From assembly GCF_001194135.2 (NCBI RefSeq), contig NC_068999.1, forward strand, positions 43,452,578 to 43,486,333: a stretch of DNA of 33,756 nucleotides, given 5' to 3'. This DNA is from Octopus bimaculoides. Its lineage: Eukaryota. Of this stretch, positions 11,171-19,679 are shown piece after piece. The translations under genes were made by a program, and so were the position numbers. Numbering within the stretch: the stretch's first letter is position 1; the number at the start of each line of letters is the position of its first letter. The notes under the pieces were generated by a model. That model did not search any database, had not been told where the DNA came from, and was given only the letters and a program-made list of their open reading frames with translations.

Positions 11171-13474
11171 ATGTTGCTATATATACATATATATATATAT
11201 ATATTGACCGCTGACTGGACACTATTTAATTTTTTTTCTCCGTGTTTTTCTCCTTGTCTCCGTATTCTTTCTGTTGAAGAGCGTAGCTCAAAACGTTAAA
11301 GACTTTCCATATTCCCGAGCGTCATACTAATACATCCTTTTGTTGTTTACACCACCTGTCCTCATCTGTTGTTGTTTTTTTCGTACATTCTCCCATATAT
11401 AGAGTTGAAATTTACAGAAAAACAAAAGACAAAGACAGGTGTATTAGTTTAATGCTTGGGAAGGTGAGAAAGTCTTTTACGTTTCGAGCCTATGCTCTTC
11501 AACAGAAAGGAACATGAGGAAATAAACAGAGAATGAATGGAGGCATAATGTCGCTGTCACTAGTGATCACTCCAAACCCTGTGATGTTAACTGGATGTTT
11601 GATTTTTATCACTCTCAGGACATGTCTTCAGTTTTAAGTAAAAAATATTTATCAACCCACATTTATGGAAGAAGACACTTGCCTCACTGTCAGGTTGAAC
11701 CTACATCCATACCACGCAGTCAGGTTTGTGCATGTTGAAAAATAGTTCTAGCTTTCAGCATTTCTTCTCTTGAAAAAGTTCTCCGCATGTTTTTAATTAA
11801 GTTATCAATCACACTTAACTCATTAAAAGCAAACGAAACTTCGTACAACAAACATTCTAAAAAATAGGACATGAGAATGTGGATAAAATAAAGAAAGTTA
11901 CAACAAAATAACTCTTTCTCTAGTCATATCCTATGTTATTTCACAATGGTTCTATTTCTTTTTACGTTACCCGTCCCCCCACTTCCAATATCCGCACCTA
12001 CTCGCCCACACACTTTGCTTATTGCCATCCTCTAAGAAAAGAGGGGAAGATTATTTAAATCTGGCATTAGGTTTAGTATTTATACATTTTTTTTTGTATT
12101 AAAAATCTGTTTTTCATTCTACGTGTACGAAACGTTTCCTCCTTCACTTTGTGTTTATGCTCAGCCATGCATTTATTGTTTGGTGGGCAATTGTGCTACC
12201 AATTACACCAAAGAGGCTCTGCCAATTTCATTTGTCAAAAATTACTACTTGAATTTTTCTTCTTTTTCTTCTATCTCCAATTCTGTTTAACGTTCTACTT
12301 CTTAAACGATGCCATTACAATGCCATTCTTTCAGTGCTGTGTTAGTTTGGTAAAGTCTGGAGAATTGTTTGAGTTGGTATATGCCATCTTCTTCAGATTG
12401 AAGTTAAAGAATTCTGCTCTTTCTTGAAAAGATAATTGTGACTAGCTACACTTATATCTATGTGTTTATATTCAGATGTGCGTGTGTGTGTGTGTGAAAA
12501 TAGTCATTGGTATTAACCCTTAAGCATTCCGATTACTTTCAAATGTAATGTTTAATCATCTGCATTAAAAAAAAAAATTAACCATACACAACTTTGTAAG
12601 TTGAGATTTTTATGATGTGATTGCTTATTTTAAAAATGATATTGTTGGATAGGTGTAAAAGGTTGGATCTGGCTGGTGTGAACATAAACCAGATAGACTA
12701 TTTGGACCAGCTATAGCCATTTTAAACATTAAAAGGCTGAAGTATATGAAGAAACATTCAATATATTAGGTGCAAGGATGAGAAGGAGAAACCCAAATTT
12801 TGAGCTTTTCTGGCAACAACATGGCTTAATCCCACTGCATGGAACTTAGGCTAATTGTCTTGGGTTGACCATTATGAGTGGAATTTGGTAAATGGAATTT
12901 GTGTGGTAACATTTTGTGTATGCAAATATATCCCTTGTTCTTGCGATAGTTCTTTCCATGCCAGCATGGATTGCATGAAGATGTTATTGGGATATTCATT
13001 TTTTTACCACTGGATGCTCTTCCCAACATTAACTCTTACCTGTTTTTAAAGTAAGGGGTATCTTGTTCCACTCATCCTTGAAATTACAAAGCCAGGAGAA
13101 ATGACAATGATGCCACTGCTTGTGGCCCAGCAATAAAGTACCATGTCATGGGACTGAACCTGAAATGATGTAGTTGGAAAGTAACACTCACACATGTGTG
13201 CGTGTGTGTGTGTGAATAGGCAGAAACATGCATAACTAAGTAGGTAGTTTTTTTTTCTGTTATTGTCAAAAGGTATAACATTTACCATAATATAAAAAAT
13301 TTCTCTATAGAAAATGTCATAACATTTAGTGAGTGTTATGCAACCACTCATGAAACATGACTCACGCAACGAGGAAATAAAATATTAATATTAGACAAAG
13401 CAGAAAACTGGTGCAGCATAATATGAATACACCAGTTTGAGATCAATACTCAGATTGCAAATGATGGTTTTAAT

Positions 13475-13705
13475 CAGGACTGTGGAGTCAGTCAGTGAAA
13501 CTATACTGACTCTGACTCCAACTCACGATATCTTTATTCTTTAATATGAACCAGTTATAACCTATAGGCCTACTCAAAGTACAAGTGTATGCATATGCTT
13601 TATGGGGTATGTAGACCACTTGATTACATAAAGAGGAGTTGGAGTCGGAGGTGCCAATAGTAGAGGAGTCAGAGTCGAAGTTTTTGTTTCAACTCCACAG
13701 CCCTG
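13475..13705. mobile_element. non-autonomous DNA transposon (MITE), hAT-like, 231 bp
   Basis: TIRs CAGGACTGTGGAGTC (13475-13489) and AACTCCACAGCCCTG (13691-13705), 13/15 complementary. Flanks GTTTTAAT (13467-13474) and GTTTTAAA (13706-13713) form an 8-bp TSD with one mismatch. Subterminal GACTCC/GGAGTC repeats are inverted. Confidence 0.75.
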
Positions 13706-13727
13706 GTTTTAAAACTGGTTTCAAATT

Positions 13728-13920
13728 TTGGCACAAGGCCAGCAATTTGGAGGGTGAGTGTATGTTGATTACATCGACCCCAGTGCTCAACTGGTACTTA
13801 TTTTATCAATTCTAAAAGGATGGAAGGCAAAGTCTACCATGGCAGAACTTGATTGCAGAACAAAATGCCACTAAACATTTTGCCCAGCATGGTAACGGTT
13901 CTGCCAACTCTCACCGCCTT
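13728..13920 (-). mobile_element. tRNA-derived SINE, family A
   Basis: Reverse complement of the family A core (GATTACATCGACCCCAGT...AAAGGATGGAAGGCAAAGTCTACC). Confidence 0.75.
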
Positions 13921-13936
13921 ATTGATGGTTTTAATA

Positions 13937-13968
13937 TTAATTAATTAATTAATTAATTAATTAATTAA
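13937..13968. repeat. (TTAA)8 palindromic microsatellite
   Basis: Perfect TTAA array adjacent to the head of the minus-strand family A SINE. Confidence 0.9.
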
Positions 13969-14296
13969 TTACAAATGTAGCTGGCCTTGTTTCAGACTTT
14001 GACACCAATAACAAATGTCACTTGAGTAAGGTGTCTTTCAGAAGATTTAGGAAATGAATAAATGGCAAATACAGAGAGTGAGGGAGAGAGAAAAGAAAAA
14101 TGTGGAGAAAACGAGAAAGAAATATACTATAAGATATTGGATCCTATGATGACACACAAGTTTGATAAGAAGAACGCAGGATCTCCTGCACTCGTGTGTG
14201 TGTGTGGTTGTGTATAGATAAATGAATAGAAACTGAAAGAAGCCTGCCAGGTAATGTAGGTGTGTGTATATGTAAAGTTATTTAGTATTTATAAGA

Positions 14297-14590
14297 CATT
14301 CGAGCGAGATCGTTGCCAGTACCACTGGACTGGCTCCTGTGCAGGTGGCACGTAAAATACACCATTTCGAGCGTGGCCATTGCCAGTACCCACCTGACTG
14401 GCCTTCGTGCCGGGTGGCACGTAAAAGCACCCACTACACTCTCTGAGTGGTTGGCGTTAGGAAGGGCATCCAGCTGTAGAAACTCTGCCAGATCAGATTG
14501 GAGCCTGGTGTAGCCATCTGGCTTACCAGTCCTCAGCCAAATCGTCCAACCCATGCTAGCATGGAAAGCGGACGTTAAACAATAATGATG
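14297..14590 (+). mobile_element. SINE family B with GGAAGGGCATCCAGC core and (GAT)n-type tail
   Basis: GGCGTTAGGAAGGGCATCCAGCTGTAGAAAC...AGCATGGAAAGCGGACGTTAAACAATAATGATG, near-identical to the inverted copy at 17928-18142. The core recalls the Nin-domain SINE motif (from memory). Confidence 0.8.
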
Positions 14591-16315
14591 GTTATAAACA
14601 TGCACAGTTTGTTTATTAAACTATATGTAACATTTTTTAGGTTGATGGGGTGGGGGTGGGGGCTAAATATTCCTTGTCTTGGTTTTTCTTATATCACTCG
14701 ATGTTCTTTTTTTCTTTTTATGGTTTTTGTCTTTTATCGTCATTCTTGAAGATAACTGTTACCAATGTGCATATGTGCATGTATGTATCACGTATGGCAG
14801 CATGCACACATTAGCACAATCAAACCTCCAGTGGCATCCACATGACATACTAATACCTTCAGACTCACACACATACATACGCACTATTTGTATTCTCGTT
14901 TGTGGTTCCATATTCCGTATTTGTGCGTGCGTGTGTGAATTTTTTTCTTTTGATATATCTATCCATTTTCCCCAAAATGTTGCTATCCCATTATTAACAC
15001 ATCACTATTTGTATATCTACCTCTGACATAGCAATGTGTTGCTATCTATTTTTTAATGCATTGGCTTTTTTCTTCGTTTTTTTTTTTTTCTTTTTGCTAT
15101 GAAGTCATTGCTAAATCGTTGCTGACATGTTGCCATTTAGTTTTGATTTCATTGTCCAACATTACTTTGTGTCATCCTATTGTGTGTTGCTATTTAATTG
15201 TCAACACCTTTGGTTGCTGTCCACTTGACACTTGTCTATTAACCTGTTAGCAACACATTACTAATGCTGAGCCTACTGTCTTTGCTGAATGCTTATCTGT
15301 TATTCAAATTTTGATGTTTAGTTACCTCCATCTTTTTAGTTAACATGTTTAACTAATTTGGTTAAAACCTCATTGCTACCAACTCTTCAGATCAATCAGT
15401 CTTCATGTAATAACATAGTCAAGTTAATTACATTTTAATTGAGTTTGCCTCTTCATTACTAACAAGTTCCTGTTTAATTAGCAACATCTACATGAAGAGG
15501 GCACTCAGTTGTCTAGGTTCTATCAGCGATGTTATATAGAACATATCTTGTCTGGTCTATACTCTATTACCAAATTGGCTGCTTTGTTGCTAATGGGTTT
15601 CTGTTTAATTAGCAACATTTGGGGATTAATGGTGGGGGTGGCTGATGAATGTGAAGGCATTTGGTTGTTACACTTCTGTTGTCATAGATACTTCATGTAG
15701 CATTTTTATCTTTTTAAAATTCTTCTCCGAACATTTTCTTTGCTGTTAACATGTGGCTACTTCATTTTGATCATGATACTTCACTAGCAACATCACTGCC
15801 TCATAGCAACCACATATTGCTGTTGCAGTTGCTATATATATTTATTTGATAGATTGATTGTATTTTTGTTTGTTTATAAATATTTTGGTGAGGTTGTATA
15901 TGTTTGCAATTTCTTAAAATGAATTTTCTTTTTGTTTTATACACACACACACACCACATCCATGAGAAATCAAAATTAAATGGGTACGCATGTATTTTTT
16001 ATGTGTGTGTGTGTGTGTGTGTATGGGATGCTGTGTGCGTATTAGCATATTCTTGATTAGTTCATTCTGTAATTAGCAAAATTAACAAGATTCCTTAATA
16101 TAGGAATTTCTTATATACATGTCCTCACCCATCTCTTTCTCTCTCTCTCTTACATATTTGTGCATTTCTCTGCCTCTCTCCCTTTCAAACTGTTGTTCTT
16201 TCTTTCTGTCTCCTCCTCTCTTTTTGCTCTCTTTCTCTCTCTCTCTCTCTCTCTCAAATGAAATAATGTTCCAACTCAAAGAATACATTTCTTATGTTTA
16301 TCCTTTCTCTTCCAG

Positions 16316-16350
16316 TTGCTGGACACCCTCCCACTGTGCCGCGATTTTAA
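16316..16350 (+). CDS. mbl: alternative reading frame of E2 (phase-1 entry): xAGHPPTVPRF*
   Basis: TT GCT GGA CAC CCT CCC ACT GTG CCG CGA TTT TAA read from the sequence. Resembles the recalled Drosophila MblC C-terminus FTGHPPGVPRF*. Would be used if E1 is skipped from a phase-1 upstream donor, which is outside the window or not identified. Confidence 0.6.
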
Positions 16351-16400
16351 GTCTAGCCAGTGTAACAGGCCACAATGTAAGTTTGTGCATCTAATGGAGG
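16316..16400 (+). CDS. mbl: muscleblind coding exon E2 (85 nt, phase 0 to phase 1), CCCH zinc finger C-X7-C-X4-C-X3-H
   Basis: Strong acceptor tttatcctttctcttccAG (16314-16315) and consensus donor G|GTAAGT (16401). Translation LLDTLPLCRDFKSSQCNRPQCKFVHLME+G, in frame with E1 and E3. Confidence 0.93.
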
Positions 16401-16590
16401 GTAAGTTTGTTTTCACTCATCACTTTCTATTTATCCATCTACAACTCTATTCATCTTTCTCTCTACATTATTTTTGATAATACAGTTCTATATTTAAGAG
16501 ATGAATTATGTACATTATTTACATTTGGTAGACGGAAACTGAAAGAAGCCCATCGTATATATGTATACATATGTGTGTGTTTGTCCTCCT

Positions 16591-16790
16591 AGCATTGCTT
16601 GACAACCGATGCTGGTGTGTTTATGTCCCTGTCACTTAGCGGTTTGGCAAAAAGAGACCGATAGAATAAGTACTAGGCTTACAAAGAATAAGTCCCGGGG
16701 TCGATTTGCTCGACTAAAGGCGGTGCTCCAGTATGGCTGCAGTCAAATGACTGAAACAAGTAAAAGAGTAAAAAGAGTATTTGACGAATA
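16591..16790 (+). mobile_element. SINE family C 3' portion
   Basis: CATTGCTTGACAACCGATGCTGGTGTGTTTATG...GAATAAGTCCCGGGGTCGATTTGCTCGACT...AAGAGTAAAAAGAGTA short-repeat tail. Shares the GGGGTCGAT box with family A. Confidence 0.6.
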
Positions 16791-16849
16791 TTTGTCCTCA
16801 TTTTGTTTGTTAATTATTTTTGATGACAATTATCATTGCACACTATGGC

Positions 16850-17162
16850 ACTTTGTCAGTTACAACAACAAGGGTTCCAGTTGCGTGTAACCCTTAATGT
16901 AGTTCTCGGGGAGATTCAGCATGACACAGTGTGTAACAAGGCTGGCCCCTTTGAAATACAGGTACCACAGAAACAGGAAGAAAGACTGAGAGAAAGTTTT
17001 GGTGAAAGAGTGCAGCAGGGTTCGCCACCATCCCCTGCCGGAGCCTCGTGGAGCTTTAGGTGTTTTCACTCAATAGACACTCACAGCGCCCAGTCTGGGA
17101 ATCGAAACCGCGATCCTATGACTGCGAGTCTGCTGCCCTAACCACTGGGCCATTGCACCTCC
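16850..17162 (-). mobile_element. tRNA-headed SINE with well preserved pol III A and B boxes
   Basis: Reverse strand begins GGAGGTGCAATGGCCCAGTGGTTAGGGCAGCAGACTCGCAGTCATAGGATCGCGGTTTCGATTCCCAGACTGGGCG (A box TGGCCCAGTGG, B box GGTTTCGATTCC), followed by a non-tRNA body. Confidence 0.75.
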
Positions 17163-17214
17163 TCTATAATTGCAGAAGACCAGAAATGTATGGGACAGGG
17201 AACCTTCAGTGGGA

Positions 17215-17410
17215 TTTGAACTCAGAATGTAAGAACAAATAAAAATACTGCAACGCATTTTGTTCACTGCTCTTTTGTAAATTCCTCATAAACAATTGCA
17301 AAATTTAACTTGAATCTGGAGATGTTTCTGTTGAACTTAAAACATAAAGACAGACGAAATACCGCTAAGCATTTCGCCCGGCGTGCTAACATTTCTGCCA
17401 GCTCTGTTAC
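17215..17410 (-). mobile_element. two adjacent 5' head fragments of family A SINE
   Basis: Reverse complement of GAGCTGGCAGAAATGTTAGCACGCCGGGCGAAATGCTTAGCGGTATTTCGTC, plus a second GAGTTCAAATCCC head. Confidence 0.6.
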
Positions 17411-17925
17411 TGCTGCTGTTCTGGCCTCATTCCTGCATCTCCGCCCATCTCATCTCCTTTCCTTGTCAATGCTCCTTTACCATGTGGTTTTAAGGCACCC
17501 TGCTGCTATTTCCCCACTGAGGCTTACATTTTAGTGCCACCAGACAGTCACTTTCTCAATCTTATCTGAGTTCCAGCCTCTGCATCTTATTTCGTCACTG
17601 ACCTTGTTGATGCCCATTGTTGTCTCCACTGTGTCATTTTGGACTCTGTGCAGACCGATTAATCGGAAGTGTTCCAGCCATAACCATCCAGTCTTGATAG
17701 TTTCTAGAACTATATTATCGTCTTTTAGGATGACAGGATATGTTTTAGGGATAGATTTGACTGCTTTTTCCTCTCCAGCTTCTTCAACCATCTAGCAATT
17801 CTTTCTGCTGTTGCATGGATTTAGACTCTGTGCGAACACGTGATCAGTATTGCTCAACCTATAATAGCACACGTAGTTCTCAGTGACAGATGTCCAGCAG
17901 CATGATAACCGCCAAATCTCCTGTC
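17410..17925 (-). mobile_element. decayed LINE (RTE-like) reverse transcriptase remnant
   Basis: Reverse-strand peptides YYRLSNTDHVFA (like GFR.GRSTTDHIF), KVSDEIRCRGW and CLKTTW*RSIDKE (like GRPKTTWRR.VEKE). Contains stops and large deletions. Confidence 0.45.
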
Positions 17926-17927
17926 AA

Positions 17928-18142
17928 CATCATCATCATCGTTTAACGTCTGCTTTCCATGCTAGCATGGGTTGGACAATTTGACTGAGGACTGATGAAA
18001 CCGGATGGCAACACCAGCCTCCAATCTGATTTGGCAGAGTTTCTACAGCTGGATGCCCTTCCTAACGCCAACCACTCAAAGAGTGTAGTGGGTGCTTTTA
18101 CGTGTCACCCGCATGAAGGCCAGTCAGGCGGTACTGTCAACG
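17928..18142 (-). mobile_element. SINE family B, inverted copy
   Basis: CATCATCATCATCGTTTAACGTCTGCTTTCCATGCTAGCATGGGTTGGAC...GCTGGATGCCCTTCCTAACGCC is the reverse complement of about 14378-14590. Confidence 0.8.
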
Positions 18143-18647
18143 ATATATAGAAATCTCAGTGACTATTCAGGCACTGGTGTCACTATATATAAAAACTTAC
18201 TTGGAAATATATGTGCGTGTGTGTACATATATATATACACACGCACGCACATTGTGTATGTGTGTGCGTATCAGACTCTTGGTTAATAACACTAATATTT
18301 TTGACATCTAAGCAAACTTTTGCAGTTAAAAGATCTTTTTTTAAATATTTACATCTTCATAGCATTTTTCTCTGATATCCAGTTGTGATGTCAACTCCCT
18401 TGTTTCTAGAAGTACACAAGATGCCTGAACAGGATTTGAACTTTTCACTTGTGTTTCTAAATTAACTGCAATAACACATATTTCCTTGGCCACAGACACA
18501 CGTATCTCAATAATTATTTATGGTTAAGCTTAATCAATGATTATTTATATTTAAAAGTTTGTAGATAAAAAATAAAATACGATGAATTATTTTTTTGGCA
18601 TTTGTCCATCTTCAAATACTTCTTAGCAACATCCAGCATATTAAGAT

Positions 18648-18700
18648 CATCATCATTGTTTTCATGTCTGCTTTTCCATGCTGGCATGAGTTGGATGAGA
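18648..18700 (-). mobile_element. family B 3' tail fragment
   Basis: CATCATCATTGTTTTCATGTCTGCTTTTCCATGCTGGCATGAGTTGGATG. Confidence 0.55.
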
Positions 18701-18809
18701 TTTGTTGCAATGTATCTAAAGGAAAATTTTTTAGGTTTTCTTGAAATACTATTGTGGATCTCCAATTTACTATTTTATTGCATTGACCCCACAATTCTTA
18801 TATGGGCCC

Positions 18810-19122
18810 CAGCTGAGAACCACCAGTGTAAACTGAAAGAAGCCTGTTGTGCATACATGCATGTGTGTATGCATGAGCGCTTGTCTCTTTGCTTTGACAA
18901 TGCATGACAGTTGTAAGTCAGAAGATCACACAAATAGTGAGTGTTCTTCATTTCCTGTGCACCACGACATGTCTGGTCATGAGGAAATATTACCTTACTT
19001 GGAAACAAGGTGAGGGTTAGCAACAGGAAGGTCATCTGGTTGTGGAAAACTTGCCGCAGTAAATTCCATCCATTCTAGGTGAGCATGGAAAAGCAGACAT
19101 TAAAATGACAATGATGATGATG
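18810..19122 (+). mobile_element. family B-related SINE ending about 75 nt before the E3 acceptor
   Basis: CAACAGGAAGGTCATCTGGTTGTGGAAAAC core variant and tail AGCATGGAAAAGCAGACATTAAAATGACAATGATGATGATG. Confidence 0.6.
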
Positions 19123-19195
19123 ATAATTCTTCATCGTTTTTATTACCTTTATTATCATTAATTTTTTTTTTAATTTTTTTTTTTACAACTTTCAG

Positions 19196-19210
19196 ATTAT
19201 GTTGAAGTGA
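19196..19210 (+). CDS. mbl: alternative reading frame of E3 (phase-0 entry after E2 skipping): IMLK*
   Basis: ATT ATG TTG AAG TGA. An E1-E3 junction gives ...ENNQ|IMLK*, resembling recalled human MBNL2 ...TANQ|IILK*. Confidence 0.55.
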   Translation: MMLK

Positions 19211-19332
19211 CGGAGGGCAAGGTGACTGTGTGCCGTGATTCAGTTAAGGGGAAGTGCCGAAGACACCTGTGCAAATACTATCACATCCCTGTTATATTAT
19301 CAGCCCTTGCTGCTCCCAACTTGACCACTTGA
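19196..19332 (+). CDS. mbl: muscleblind probable terminal coding exon E3, CCCH zinc finger C-X7-C-X4-C-X3-H plus short tail
   Basis: T-rich acceptor ttttttttacaactttcAG (19194-19195). G|AT TAT... = DYVEVTEGKVTVCRDSVKGKCRRHLCKYYHIPVILSALAAPNLTT, TGA at 19330-19332. The inter-finger linker VEVTEGKVTVC matches the MBNL-family pattern (VEVQNGRVTAC / TVTVC..CKYFH). Confidence 0.93.
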
Positions 19333-19440
19333 GAAGCAGCAGCAGCAGCAGCAGCAGCCGACCTACTACTACTACTACTACTACAGCAACTTTCTACTAC
19401 TTCTATTACAACTACATCTGCAACCACTATTACAACTGCA

Positions 19441-19483
<43 letters not shown>

Positions 19484-19558
19484 TTCTTACTGTTATTACT
19501 TCAGTGGACAGTGTTGTTGTTGTTGTTGTCGTCTTTGTTTTATTGCATCACTACAAGA

Positions 19559-19589
<31 letters not shown>

Positions 19590-19647
19590 TATTATTTTTA
19601 GTGGGGAGCCTACACTGATCATTCTAGACTCTCTTACTTTCTCATTC

Positions 19648-19679
<32 letters not shown>

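Noticed and set aside
17087-17162. tRNA-like sequence on the minus strand
   Set aside because: It has A and B boxes but continues into a repeat body. Interpreted as a SINE head rather than a tRNA gene; tRNAscan-SE would decide.
17531-17791. 86-aa minus-strand ORF as a host gene
   Set aside because: Flanking frames show LINE RT-like motifs with stops, so it is treated as a retroelement remnant.
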